Shown: piece after piece, positions 36,928-51,240 of the stretch | How positions within the stretch are numbered: the first letter of the stretch is position 1 | How the letters are laid out: each line of letters begins with the position of its first letter | Assembly (NCBI RefSeq): GCF_963921235.1 | Contig: NC_086108.1 | Coordinates: forward strand, 103,728,001 to 103,792,000 | Length of the DNA: 64,000 bases | Source: Mobula hypostoma | Lineage: Eukaryota | Direction of reading: 5' to 3' | Program-made: the position numbers and the translations under genes | Notes under the pieces: generated by a model | What the model was told of the DNA's origin: nothing | What the model saw: the letters and a program-made list of their open reading frames with translations, nothing else | The model's database searches: none

Positions 36928-39005
36928 GTGAGTAGATTCCAACACGCCCAGCAGTTCTGTCCGCGGTCCTGTGTGACTCTGCCTCAACAAAGGGTTGTAT
37001 AAGCCCTTCAGCCCAACTCGTCCATGCTGACCAAGATATCTAACTGAGCTCGTCTCTTTGCCTGTGATTGACCCATAATCCTCTCAGCCACGAGTCCTTC
37101 CACTTTCTCCTCAGCATCCATCCAGAAACATCTTTGTCATTTGCTACCTCTTTATAGAGACAGAATTCATGAGTGGAATTTATGGCTTGATCCTGTCCCT
37201 GTACCTTCTGGTCTTGTGATTACTTGAAGAAGAAGAATGAGAAGAGATCTCATTGAAACTTAAATTCTCATGGAGCATGGCGGAAACGATGCACTGTTGA
37301 TGTTTTCCTCTTCATGGATGTCAAAAATAGGGGGTTAGCCATTCAGGGCAGAAATTTCTTCACTCGAGGGATAGTGAGTCTCTGGAATTCTGTAACCAAG
37401 AAGACCCGTGGGACAGGCAGTATCTATTGAGGGAAAATAACCAAGAGTTCTGTGGATCCCAGGTAGGGAACCTCTGATTAAGAGGAATGTGAGCTAAATG
37501 TGGGCAAACTAGCTTTTTGGGTGCTAGTCATAAACGCAAGAGATTTTATAAATGCTGAAAATGTCCAGAGCAACACAAAGTGCTGGATTAACTCAGCAAT
37601 CTGAGACGGGAAAAGTGAGAAGGGACTCACTCTGAGGAAGCAGAGGTCAGGCAGCAGGTATGGAGAGGAATGATCTGTTGACATTTCGGACTGAGACCCT
37701 TCATCAGGTCTGGAAAGGAAAGAGGAAGAAGTCAGAGTAAGTAGGTGTGGGGAGAGGAAATACAAGCTAGCAGGTGATGGGTGAGTCTGAGTGAGCACCT
37801 GGTCGAAGAGTAGGAGGGCAGCAGAGTTCATAGAGAGGGAGCAGTGATAGAGGACCTGACCTGCAGAGTTCCTCCGACATTTTGATGGTGGGCATGAGGG
37901 TCAGTATGGCTGAGTTGGGGCTGAAGGGCCTGTTTCTGGTGCTTAATGACTCTGTCTCTCCTGAGGCGGCTTCAGGCCGCTCTGAGTGTCGATCACTCTC
38001 GAAGGACAGCGTTCCTCTTCTTCTGATTGGCTGCCGATTTGGTGTTGCTGTGTTAGGTGCGGCTGAAGTGCAGCTGTCAGTCTCACGCTTTTGCAACAGG
38101 CCTTAAATATCCGGCTGCCAGCACAGCCTGTAGGCCGAGCTCTTAAAATAACCCTCCAAAAGTGCAAGCAGTACAACATTACGAGACAGGGCAGGAACAC
38201 AGAGGGTGCAGCGTGCAGTCCTGCTCACTCCTGTTAACCACAAGCTTCTGGGTAGTGTTCTAGTCTTTCAGGAGGTCACAGGGTCAAGTCCCACTTGAGA
38301 AGAAAATTTAGACTGGTGGAGTGATAGAGGAGGGGCTTTCCTCCATTATCAAAAGATGTTGCCTTTCCAATGAAAGATTAAACAAGCGCTTCTGGCAAAT
38401 TTCTGCTGATGTACCGTGGAGAGCATTCAACTGGTGCATTACTGTCTGTTATGCAGGGGCCATTGCACAGGATTGGTAAAAGCTGCAGAGGGTTGCAAAC
38501 TCAGCCAGCTGAATCAAGAGCACTTGCCTCTGCAGCATTGAGGACGCCTTCCAAAGTCGATGCCTCAGAAAGGCTGCATCCATCATTAAGTACCCCAACA
38601 CCCAGGACATGCCCTCTTCTTCCTGCTACCTTTAAGGAGGAAGTATAGGAGCCTGAAGGCACATACGCAAAAGTTTTAGGAACAGCTTCTGATACCAGAT
38701 TTCTGAATCCATGAACACTGCCTCGCTATTTTTGCTTTCTTTTTGTACTACATATATAATTTCATCTTTACAATTCTATTTCTTATTGTAATTTATACTT
38801 TTATGTATTGCAGTGTACTTGCTGCTTCGGCAAAACAGCAAATTTCACGACCTACGTCAGCGATAATAAGCCTGATTTTGGTTCTTCCTCAATGTCGGAG
38901 TCCTATAGCACGCAAACAGGCCCTTCAGCCCAACTAGCCCTTGCCGACCAAGGTTCTCATCTAAATGAGGCCCATTTGTCTGTATTGGCTCGTATCGCTC
39001 TAAAC

Positions 39006-39085
39006 CAGGAGTTTCCAACCTGGTGTCTGCAGACCCCTCGGTTAATGGTTCAGGTCCACGGCATAAAAAAGGTTGGGAACCCCTC
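39006..39085. mobile_element. 80-bp hAT (Charlie-type) MITE
   Basis: CAGGAGTTTCCAACC...GGTTGGGAACCCCTC with 8-bp TSD CTCTAAAC/CTTTAAAC. Related copies at about 31154-31232, 34845-34921, 40790-40838, 46688-46765. Confidence 0.75.
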
Positions 39086-39262
39086 CTTTAAACCTTTCCT
39101 ATCCAAGTACCTTAAGAAAAAATGTTAAATGTTCTTAACATACCTGCCCCAACCACACACTCTGGCAGCTGATTCCAGATACGGACCAATCTCTCAGTGA
39201 AGAAGTTGCCCCTGTCTCCCCTGTCACCTTAAAACTATGATCTCTGGTTCTCAATTTGTTTG

Positions 39263-39480
39263 TGTTGGCCTACTGACCATGGTGGGCATGCTTTGTTGGC
39301 CTACTGACCATGGTGGGCATGCTTTGGCCTACTGACCATTGTGAGCATGCTTTGATGGCCTACTGACCATGGTGGGCATGCTTTGTTGGCCTACTGACCA
39401 TGGTGGGCATGCTTTGGCCTACTGACCATTGTGAGCATGCTTTGATGGCCTACTGACCATGGTGGACATGCTTTGTTGGC
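39263..39480. repeat. Short minisatellite, 7 units of 28-31 bp
   Basis: TGTTGGCCTACTGACCATGGTGGGCATGCTT and variants. It runs directly into a SINE 3' portion. Confidence 0.92.
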
Positions 39481-42400
39481 ACCAAATGTGTGGTGACACT
39501 TGAGGGCTTCTCCCAGCACATCCTTGGGTGTGTTGATTGTCAACGCACACGATACAGTTCACTGCGTGTTTCCATGAACATGTGATAAGTAACTTTGGAT
39601 CTGAACCCAGGGAACATGACTGCCTGCATTCCCAATATGTATGCCCCATTTGTGATTTATACACCTCTATATGATTCGAGGGTTCAAAGTATATTTATAT
39701 TTATTATCAAAATATGTTTGCAGAATACAACCCTGAGATTTGTCTTCCCACAGGCAGTCACAAAACAAACCATGGAACGCGTTCAAAGAGAAACATCAAC
39801 ACCCCCGCCCCCAGCAAACATGCAAAAAAGCAAATTGCATAAATAGCAAAAAAAAACACAAGTGAAAAATACTGAATAGAAAATGCACAATTGAAAGAGT
39901 CAGTTCAGCTCAGGCCAGTGGTGTGTCATTCGTTATCTTCAGGCTGTCCTGATCAAAATCAAATAAAATAGCTGTGAGAAAGGAGCCAACCAGAAACCAG
40001 AAACCCCTCATAACGTGAACTACAGAGTCCAAGCCACAAACCACATCGATTAAACCTTGTCCAAGACCCTGGGCTCTGACACCATCCTCTGACAGCACTG
40101 AAGGGGAGAGAGACCATTTGAACGCAAGGACCTTCTTCCGGAAACAGTGAGTGAAAGGGAGAGGGGGACCGTCACATGCAGACACCTTCCTCTAGTGGCA
40201 GCGAGCGAGAGGCTGGTAGACGGTGGCCAACGCCTGTTCATCTTCCGCTCTTGCCTCTGATTTCAACCTTCCTTGGTGCTTTAATGGGCGAGATCAACGG
40301 GAAACGGAGTCGATCATGGGCTCTCGCCATCTCCAGGCTTCCTGGCCTCGAAGCCGCACGCTTCACTCGAAACGCCACTGAAATCCCTTGGATTCAGCAG
40401 AGCGCCAGATTGCTCAATCGGCCCGAAAACACACCACCAAACTGTAGATCACAGGCTCCAACAGTAGCAGAACCGCATTTGAATGAAAAAGTCGTAAAAG
40501 AAGTGAGAGGTAGTTTCATGACCTGACTGAAGGATGATGCCCTTGGTTGTGTTGCCATACAACCCCTCATTCATCAACGCCCCAAAGAAAAAGGTCCCAA
40601 CCTGCTTAAACCCTGTCAGGATGGCACTATTTCAAACAATCAATCCCACCTCTGACCACATTCTTTCCACTGGGATCACTCTATGACTCTCTGGTCCACT
40701 CATCCCACTCAGCTTCAGGCACCCATCCCTGTAACTGCAAGAGGGATAACCCTTGGATCTACAAACGGTACATCTAGATCAGACCCCTTGCTTAATTGTA
40801 CTGGTCCATGGCATAAATAAAGAGTTGGGGACCCCTGACCTGGACAGATTAGATTCTGGATACTTTGAGCAACACACACAGACAGAGAGGCGGGGCGGGG
40901 GGTGGGCAGAGGAAGAGGGAGAGACACAGAGCTGGAGGAACTTGGCAAGTCAGGCAGCGGAATATCAACGATTCTTTCACTCAACCAGCCATCTACAAAT
41001 CTCAGAGCACACAGTGGTCTATCTGTAATGAATCAGATCAGAATAAAGTTTATTATTTCTGACAGATGTTGTGAAATTTGTTGTTTTGTGGCAGCAGAGC
41101 AATGCAATACACAAAATATAAATTACAATCAGAAATATATAGAAAAACATTAAACAGGTAGTGCGAAAAGAGAAAAAGCAGGCAATGTTCACGGGTTCGT
41201 TGTCTGTTCAGGGCTCTGATGGTGGAGAGGAAGAAGTTGTTCCTAAAACACCGTGTGTCTTCAGGCTCCTGTACCACCTCCTTGATGGTAACAATAGAAG
41301 TGAGCATGTCCTTCAGGTTTACGGTCATTCAACCTTACACATGTATACGTCTTCTTCTGGCGCCAAAGTGTAAAGCACACAGTACATGTCACATGCATTG
41401 CATATAATTACAATCTAACACGTGCAGTCACAAAATAATATTAGCACAAGTCTCTGAGTGACATGGCCTAAAGATCAACAGGTTGACATAAAGTGTGAGG
41501 ACCATGTTTGTGTAAGACAGGATAATGTTACTGACACTATTATAATAAAACAAGCAGTGGTATAAATATGTGAAATAAAAGATGAAAAGTACCAGTGCAG
41601 GATGAGAGTGTCTGTGAGGTGGGGGGGGGGGAGTGGAGGTGTCGGGGCATTTTGACAGGGTGTACATGTGTGCTGCGTAGCCGCAGAGTGTTGAGAAGTC
41701 TAACAGCCTGGTGGAAGAAGCTGTTACCCAGCCTGATAGTTCTGGTTCTTGGACTGTGGTACCTTCTGCCAGACAGTAGGAGGTCAGAGTGATCGTGGGA
41801 AGGATAGGAGGGGTCTTTGACAGTCCTAGAGGCACTGCATGTGCAGCACATCTGATAGACATGCAGGCTGATTAGGAGAGAGACCCCCATGATGTTTTCA
41901 GCACTCCTCACTGTCCTCTGCAGGGGCTTGTGATCAGACACATTGCGATTCTCACACCAGATGGTGATGCAGCTGGTCAGAATTTTGTCGATGGATGTCG
42001 CCTTTTTGAGGCATTACCTTTTGAAGGTGTCCTCCATGCTGGGGAGCTAATGTCCCTGATGGGACTGGCTGAGTTTTCAACTCTCTGCAGCTGTTTCCGA
42101 TTCTGTGCAGTGGCCCCTCTGTACCAGACGGCGATGCAACCAGGACCTGATTGACTGTATCGCCATTGTAAATGCTACATACTTTATCTTATCACGCCAT
42201 GGTTCAGGAATTGGGTCTAGAGATGATGAAGGAAAGAGGTCAGACTCACTAGCCAACACATTCCAGCTGTCATTCTCAGACTTTGAGTTCCGGGAGTCTG
42301 AATACTGCTGGTAAGGAGAGGCAGTGTTTTAATAAAAAGCCTCACACATGCTCACAGCTGTTTGGGGAAAATGATGTCTTTGTGACCCTACTTCTTTTCC

Positions 42401-43009
42401 CATCTCCCACATTTTACAAATCATCAGTTTTGCTTCTTGCAAGAAGCTCTACATCAAGTACAACAACTTTTAGACCGAGGTCGTGGAGTTGAGGAATCAT
42501 GACTTGGAGCTCAAATCAGCGAGCTGGCGTTTACACCAGTTAGTCAGAGCCTCAGACAGAACTTTCAGCACAGTGCCTGTTATTACTGCAGGCAAATAAA
42601 TCTATTGTAATAAAAGGCCAAGGCAATCTATCTCAGCAAAGCAGACTCATGAATGTTTCCATTGTTGATGGAGTGTGGAATGTGTTGCCTGAAAGATGGA
42701 AACAGATTTGATAATCTTTTTCCTCTCTGAGTGCTGTGTTAGTATTAGAAGCAGGGCGATGCTTGCTGCTAGATCGGGATTCAACTCCCGGCACTGTGTG
42801 TATGTTCTCCCCATGACTGGGTGGGTTCCTCCGAGTGTTCCACCTTCCCCTCTTATTCCAGAGACGTACGGTTGGCATTCGTGAGTTGTAGGCACGCTAT
42901 GTTGGTGCAGAAGTGTGGTGACACTTGTGGGCTGCCACCAGCAAAATCCTTGCTGGATATTTGATTTAAAGTAGATGGCTTGTTTTATTGTATGTTTTGA
43001 TATTTCCTT

Positions 43010-46000
43010 AAGACCATAAGGCATAGGAGCAGAATTAGGCCATCTGGCCCATTGAGTCTGCTCCGCCTTTCAATCATGGGTGTTCCTTTTCTTCTATCTC
43101 CTTCTCAACCCCAGTTCCCAGCCTTCTCCCCGTATTCCTTTGATGCCATGTCCGATCAAGAACTTGTCAATCTCTGCCTTAAATACACCCAACGACCTGG
43201 CCTCCACAGCTATACATGACAATAAATTCCACAAATTCACCACATTTCGGCTAAAGACATTTCTCTGCATCTGTAGGTGCTCCTCTATCCTGAGGCAGTG
43301 CCCTCTTGTCCTAGACTCTCCTGCCATGGGAAACATCCTTTCCACATCTACACTGTCTAGACCTTTCAACATTCGAAAGGTTTCAATGAGATACCCTCTC
43401 ATCCTTCTGAATTCCAGTGACTACAGACCCAGAGCTATCAAATATTCCTCTTATGATAACCCTTTCATTCCTGGAATCATCCTTGTGAACGTCCTCTGGA
43501 CCCTCTCCAATGCCAGCACATCTTTTCTAAGATGAGGGGCCCAAAACTGTTCACAATACTGAAGCCTCACCAGTGCTTTATAAAGCCTCAGCATCACATC
43601 CTTGCTCTTGTATTCTAGACCTTTTGAAATGAATGCGAACATGGCATTTGCCTTCTTCACCACCGACTCAACCTGCAAGTTAACCTTCAGGGTGTTCTGC
43701 ACAAGGACTCCCAAGTCTCTCTGCATCTCAGATTCCTGGATTTTCTCCCCCATTTAGAAAATAGTCTGCACATTTATTTCTACTACTAAAGTGTATGACC
43801 ATGCATTTTCTAACATTATATTTCATTTGCCACTTTCTTGCCCATTCTCCTAATCTGCCTAAGTCCTTCTGCATCTTCACCTGTTTCCTCAACACTACCT
43901 GCCCCTCCACCAATCTTCGTATCATCTGCAAACTTTACAACAGAGTCATCTATTCCATCATCAAAATCATTTATATACAGCATAAAAGATGTGGTCCCAG
44001 CATCAACCCCTGTGGAATACCACTAGTCACTGGCAGCCAACCAGAAAAGGATCCTTCTAGTTCCACTGGCTGCCTCGTACCAATCAGCCAATACTCTAAC
44101 CATGCCAGTAACTTTCCTGTAATACTATGGGCTCTTAACTTGGTAAGCAGCCTCATGTGTGGCACCTTGTCAAAGGCCTTCTGAAAATCCAAATATACAA
44201 CGTCTACTGCATCCCCTTTATCCATTCTACTTGTAATCTCCTCAAAGAACTCCAACAGGTTCGTCAGACAGGATTTTCCCTGAAGGAAACCATGTTGATT
44301 TTGTACTATCTTGTCCTGTGTCACCAAGTACTCCATCACCTCATCCTTAACAATTGACTCTAACGTCTTCCCAACCATTGAGGTTAGGCTAATCCGTCTA
44401 TACTTTCCTTTCTGCTGCCTTCCTCCTTTCTTAAAGAGTGGAGTTACATTTGCAATTTTCCAGTTCTCTGGCACCATGCCAGAGTCTAATGATTTTTGAA
44501 AGATCATTTCTAATGCCACCACAATCTCTAATGCAACCTTTTTCAGAACCCTAGGTTGCAGTTCCTCTGGTCCGGGTGACTTATGTACCTTTAGGTCTTT
44601 CAGCTTTTTGAGCACCTTCTCTCTTGTAATACTAACTGCACCCACTTCTCTTCCTTCACACACTACAACATCAGGCATACTGCTAGTATCCTCCACAGTG
44701 AAGACTGATGCAAAATACTCGTTTAGTTCATCAGCCATCTCCTTGTCCCCCATTATTATTTCTCCTGCCTCATTTTCTAGTGGTCCTATATCCACTCTCA
44801 TTTCTCTTTTATTTTTGACATACTTAAAAAAACTTTTGCTATCCACTTTGATATTATATGCTAGCTTGCTTTCATATTTCATCTTTTTCCTTCTAAATTT
44901 TTTTAGTTGCTCTCTGTAGGTTTTTAAAAACTTCCCAATCCTCTATTTTCCCACTAATTTTTGCTTTGTTGTATGCCCTCTCTTTTGCTTTTACAATAGC
45001 TTTGACTTCCCTTGTTAGCCATGGTTGTACTATTTCACCATTTGAGTATTTCTTCATTTTTGGAATACATGTTTCCTGCATCTTCCTCATTTTTCCCAGA
45101 AACACACACCATTGCTGCTCTGCTGCCATCCCTGCCAGCAGCTCCTTCCAATTTACTTTGGCCAACTTTTCTCTCATACCACTGTAATTTCCCTTACTCC
45201 ACTGGAATACTGCCTCATCGGACTTTACTGTCTCTCTATCAAATTTCAAGTTGAACTGAATCACTGGCTCCTAAGGGTTCTTTTACCTCAAGCTCCCTTA
45301 TCGCCTCCAGTTCATTACATAACACCCAATCCAGTATAGCTGATCCCCTAGTAGGCTCAATGACAAACTGCTCTAAAAAGCTATCTCTTAGGCATTCAAC
45401 ACTCTCTTGATTTTTTTTGGAATTTATTTTTTATTGAATTTCATCATCAAACAAACATTTCCATAAGATTATTTCAGATACTGTACATATATATCATATA
45501 ATCATATTTGTCACAAATCTCCACATAATACTTATCTGAGGTATACACTTATATCCATTACCAACCTGGTTTTCTGACCTTCATGTTAAAATCTCCCATG
45601 ACTACCATAACATTGCCCTTTTAATTCGCCTTTTCTATTTCCTGTTGTAACCAGCCACTGTTGGGAGGCCTGTGTATAACTGCCATCAACGTCCTTTTCC
45701 CCTTGCAGTTTCTTAACTCAACCCACAAAGATTCAACATCTTCTGATCCTATGTCACATCTTTCTACTGATTTGATGCCATTCTTTGCCAGTAGAGTCAC
45801 GCCACCCCCTCTGCCTACCTTCCTATCCCTCCGATATAACGTGTAACCTTGGACATTCAGCTCCCAATTACAACCATCCTTCAGCTATGATTCCGTGATG
45901 GCCACATCATACCTGGCAATCTGTAATATTGCAACAAGATCATCCACCTTATTTCTTATACTACGCATGTTTAGATACAACGCCTTGAGTACTGTTTTTG

Positions 46001-46640
46001 CTATCCTTTCTGACTCTGCATCCCTAATGACTTGATACTCAGCCTGTTGGCTGCATAACCTGCCTGCCCTTGCTGACAATCTGACTGCACGCTAATCTTT
46101 ACTTTTTTTACCATCCATCCTATCCTGAGTTCCTTCACTCCAGTTCCCACCCCCCCCGCCAAATTAGTTTAAGCCCTCCCCAACAGCACTAACAAACCTG
46201 CCTGCAAGAATATTGGTCCCCCTCAGTTTCAGGTGCAATCCATCACTTTTGAACAGGTCATACCTCCCCCAGAAGAGATCCCAATGTTCCAAGAATCTGA
46301 AGCCCTGCCCTCTGCACCAGCTTCTCAGCCATGCATTTATCTGCCAAATCATCTTGTTTCTACCCTCACTGGTGCGTGGCACAGGCAGCAATCCAGAAAT
46401 TACCGCCCTGGAGGTCCTGCTTCTCAGCTTTCTACCTAGCTCTCTAAATTCTCTTTTCAGGACCTCATTTCTTTTCCTTCCTATGTAATTGGTACCAATA
46501 TGTACCCAAGACATCTGGCTGCTCTCCCCTCCCTCTCCAGAATGTTGTGGACGCTCTCTGAGACATCCCTGACCGCGGCTCCTGGGAGGCAACATACCAT
46601 CTGGGTGTTCCGTTCACATCCACAGAATCTCCTGTCAGTT
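43010..46640 (-). mobile_element. Near full-length decayed CR1 LINE (ORF1 SGNH, APE endonuclease, RT)
   Basis: RT 43971-44882 (WKIANVTPLFKKG, QHGFLQGKSCLTNL, VYLDFQKAFDKVPH). Endonuclease start LKALYLNMRSIRNK...DVAITES (45885-46079). ORF1 at 46164-46595. Short T-rich insert at about 45410-45552. Confidence 0.92.
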
Positions 46641-47751
46641 CCCCATTTGTTACATGTAACAAATAAAGCAAATATTTCAATCTAAAGCAGGGGTTTGCAG
46701 CCTAGGATCCACGGACCCCGTTTAATGTTAAGGCTCTATGGTATAAAAAAGATTGGGAAACCCTGATTGAAAGGAAGGCAGATGAAGAATTAAGGAAAAA
46801 GAATAAAGAAAAAAACTGGGAATAAAAGCAAGGTGTTGGGACTAATAGGATAGTTCTCTCATTGGACTGACATGGTGAACAAAATGGTGGACTAGAGACT
46901 ACAGGTGCTGAAAATCAGTAGCAACACAAAATATGCTGGAGAAACTCTGAGTTGGGCAGCATCTATGGAGGGAAATGGGCAGGCACTGTTTTGAGTTGAG
47001 ACCCCTCATCGGGACTGGAAAGAAAGTAGGGAGGTGGCCCGTATGAAAAATTGTGGGGGCAGGGATGATAGGTGGATCCAGGTGAGAAGGGGAAGAGTGG
47101 GAATGAGGTCTGTTCACCATTGAGCTCATCTACACAAACACTGTCGCAGGAAAGCAGCATCCATCATCAAGGACCCCCACCACCCAGGCCATACTCTCTT
47201 CTTGCTGCTGCCCTCAGGAAGGTGGTACGGGAGGCTTAGGACCTGCACCACCAGGTTCAGAAACAGTTACTAGTTCTGAACCATCAGGAGATAACCTCAC
47301 TTGCCTCATCACTCAACTATTCCCTCACCAATCAACTCACTTTCAAGGACTCTTTATCTCATGTTCTTGATATTTATAGCTTATTTATTATTATTATTTA
47401 TTTTTTATTTGGACAGTTTGTTGTCTTTTGCACATTGATTGTTTGTTCGTCCTTTTGGGTGTGGTGTTTCATCTCTTCTATTATGTTTCTTAGAACTGAA
47501 CCTGCCCACAAGAAAACAAAACTCTGCGTTGGATATGATGACATTTAAGTACTTTGATAATAAATTTACTTTGAACTTTGAAATCTCTTGACAGAAACAA
47601 GCTGTTCCTAATATGTTGACCGTGTCTCTTCAGGCTCCTGACCCTTCTCCCCAACTGTAGTAATGAGAAGAAGGCACATCCTAGGTGGTGGGGGGGGGGG
47701 TCGTCCTTAATGATGGGTGCCTCCTCTTTGAGGCATTGCCTTTTGAAGATG

Positions 47752-48330
47752 CAAACACGAGGAAATCTGCAGATGCTGGAAATTCAAGCAACACACACAA
47801 AATGCTGGTGGAACGCAGCAGGCCAGGCAGCATCTATAGGAAGAAGTACAGTCGATGTTTCGGGCTGAGACCCCTCGTCAGGGCTAACTGAAAGAAGAGA
47901 TAGTAAGAGATTTGAAAGTGGGGGGGGGGAGGCGGAGATCCAAAATGATAGGAGAAGACAGGAGGGGGAGGGATGGAGCCAAGAGCTGGAAAGTTGATTA
48001 GCAAAAGGGATATGAGGCTGGAGAAGGGAGCAGATCATGGGACGGGAGGCCTGGGGAGAAAGAAAGGGGGAGGAGAGTTATTGTGAGAGGGACAGAGAGA
48101 GAGAAGAAGGGGGGAAATAATAAATAAGGGATGGGGTAAGAAGGGGAGGAGGGGCATTAACGGAAGTTAGAGAAGTCAATGTTCATGCCATCAGGATGGA
48201 GGCTACCCAGACGGAATATAAGATGTTGTTCCTCCAGCTTCATCTTGACAGTAGAGGAGGCCATGGATTGACATATCAGAATAGGAATGGGACATGGAAT
48301 TAAAATGTGTGGCCACTGGGAGATGTCCAT
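47752..48330 (-). mobile_element. Penelope-like 3' end (GIY-YIG C-terminus and terminal repeat)
   Basis: LEEQHLIFRLGSLHPDGMNIDFSNFR (48157-48372), with a decayed hammerhead motif at about 47850-47886 on the - strand. Confidence 0.82.
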
Positions 48331-48449
48331 TTTGAAGCTGGGAAGTGATAGTTGGCCAAGCCTCTTCATCATGATTCACATTTTATTCTAATCAAATTCC
48401 GATACTTCTTCAGCTAAACCTCTCTGCAGCTTAAAACTCTCTTGTGTTC

Positions 48450-49820
48450 AGGCAGAGTACATCATTAAAAGCAGGATACCTAACAGTGTGGAGGAGCAGA
48501 GGGATTTTGACATTCACGTCCATAGATCCCGTAAAGTTGCAGCGCAAGTTGATACGGTTGTTAAAAAGGTGTGTGGTGTGTTGGACTTCATTAGTAAGGG
48601 CATTGAGTTCAAGGGATATGTGGTAATGTTGCAGCTGTATAAAACTCTGCTTATGTCATACTTGGAGTATTGTGTTCACTTCTTGTCACCTTATTATAGG
48701 AGGGATGTGGGAGCTTTAGAGAGGGTGCAGAGGAGATTTACCAGGGTGCTGTCTGGATTAGAGAGCATGTCTTATGAGGAGAGGTTGAGCGAGCTAGGGC
48801 TTTTCTCTTTGGAAGAGGAGGAGGATGAGAGCCATCTTGATAGAGGAATGCAAGATGGAGAGATACTTTATTTATCCCAAAGGAAATTACGATGTCACAG
48901 TAGTACTATGAGTGCACAGATATACACATATTAGAAGGGAAGTAAGAAAGAACAAAAAAAAAGTTACCTTAAACAGTTTAACAGGAAGTCATCCCTTCCC
49001 CGGCTACAGGTTGACTCATTATAGAGCCTAATGACCGAGGGCAGGAATGACCTCATGTAGTGCTCTTTGGAGCAGCGCAGTTGTTTCACTTCCTCTGTTC
49101 AGCCAGGCTGGCATGCAGGTTGTGAGAAGCATTGTCCAGAGTTGCTAGGATTGTCTGTAAGGTCCTTTGTTCTATCACAGCCTCCAGTGTGTCCAGTTTG
49201 ATTCCTATAACAGTGCCAGCCTTTCTAGTCAGTTTATCATGCCTGTTGGCATCACTCGTGTTGATGCTATTGGCCCAGCACACCATTGCATAGATTGTAT
49301 TGGCAACAACAGACTGGTGGAACATGTGAAGGAGAGACCTGCATATTCCAAAGGACCTCAGTCTTCTCAGGAAGTAGAGGCGACTCTGGCCCTTCTCGTA
49401 CACAGCCTCTGTGTTGGTGCTCCACTCAATTCTGTCATCCAGGTGCACTCCCGGGTACTTGTAGGTCCTTACCATCAATAGTAATGGAGCAGTGCAGGCT
49501 TGGTCTTTCTGAAGTCCATCACCATCTTCTTTGTCTTCCTGATGTCGGGTTGCATCATTGGACAACCAGAGGCATAGATAGTGCAGACAGCTGGAGACTA
49601 TTTCCAAGGATGGAGATGGCTAATAAAATGGGGTATAACTTTAAGGTGTTGGGAGGAAAGTATAGGGAGGGATGTTAGAGGCTGGTGTTTCACACAGAGA
49701 GTGAAACCTGCTGCCAGGAGTGGTGGTAGGACATTTAGGAAACTCTTAAGCACATGGATGAAAGGAAAATGGAGGGCTATGTTGGAGAGAAGGGTTAGAT
49801 TGATCTTGGAGTAGGCTGCA
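48450..49820 (+). mobile_element. CR1 3' fragment split by a minus-strand Rex1/Babar-like LINE (about 48855-49560)
   Basis: CR1 RT C-terminus at 48488-48830 resumes at about 49565. The insert encodes YKYPGVHLDDRIEWSTNTEAVYEKGQSRLYFLRRLRSFG. Confidence 0.8.
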
Positions 49821-51204
49821 GGGACATTACTGTGCTGTACTCCTATATATGTTCTCAGTTTTCCAGACTGGTAAGGATCTTGACCTGAAACACCAACTGC
49901 TTTGCTCCCCGTTGACACTGCCTGAACTGCTTAGGACTTTTGTAGCATTTTCTGTTTCAGCTTCAGCAGTGAGAACCCACTTATTTGAAGGAGCCCTAGA
50001 CGCCATTCCAGGTAGGGTGTTCCGTAAAACCATCAGACCATGAGACATAAGAGCAGAACTTGGCCATTTGGCCCGTCAGCTCTGCTCTGCCGTTCCATCA
50101 TACTGATTTATTATCCCTCTCAACTCCATTCTCCTGCCTTTTCGCCATAATCTCTGACACTCTTGTTAATCAAAAACCTGTCAGCCTCCGCTTTAAGTAT
50201 GCCCAATGACTTGGCCTTCATGGCAGTCTGTAGCAATCAATTGCACAGATTCACCTCCCTCTGGCTAATGAGGTTTCCACTTATCTCTGTTCTAAAGGGA
50301 CATCCTTCTATTCTGAGGCTGTGCCCTCTGGTCCTAGACTCACCCACTATAGGAAACATTCTCTCCACATCCACACTATCCAGGACTTTCAACATTCAGT
50401 AGGCTTCAATGAGATCCCCCCTCATAAACTCCAGCAAGTACAGGCTCAGAGCCTCATACGTTTCATGCTGAAGGACGAAGGAAGGATATTACCAGGATGA
50501 GAAGGTCTGAATTAGAGTGGTTGACCAGTTTACATTTTTATGTAGAAGAATGAGAGCTGACCTTACCAAGGTGGTTAAAATGATGAGAGGCATAGATAAG
50601 GTGTTATCATTTCAGAGGACTTGTTCTGGGCCCAGCATACAAGTGCAATTATAAAGGTAGCACAACAGCAACTCTACTTCCTTAGAAGTTTGCAGAGACT
50701 CAGCATGACATCTGAAACTTAGATAAACTTCTATAGATGTGTAGTGGAGAGTATATCGACTGGCTGCATCACTGCCTAGAATCGAAACACCCATGCTCTT
50801 GAACGGAATATTCTACAAGTAGTGGATACTGTCCAGTCCCTCTTGGGTAAAGCCATCCCCACCTTTGAGCACACCTACAAGGAGCACTGTCGCAGGAAAG
50901 CAGCATCCAACATCAGCGACCCCCGCCATCCAGGTCATACTCCCTCCTCACTGCTGCCGTCAGGAAGAAGGTCCCACACCACCAGCTTCCGGAACAGTTA
51001 CTACCCCTCAACCATCAGGCTCGTGAACTAGAGGGGATAACTTCACTTAGCTTCACTCGTCCCATCACTGAATTGTACAGACTTATTTTCAAGGGCTCTT
51101 CATCTCATGCTTGTGTTATTTATTTATTTGTTTGTTTATTATTATTTTTTACATTTTTTTTTCTCAGCTCAAGCTGGTAAAACCTGAGGTATGGGCATAG
51201 CCTG

Positions 51205-51240
51205 TATTATTATTATTATTATTATTGTTGTTGTTATTAT
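51205..51240. repeat. (ATT)n(GTT)n microsatellite
   Basis: Seen directly; accounts for the poly-Asn and poly-Ile ORF artefacts. Confidence 0.9.
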
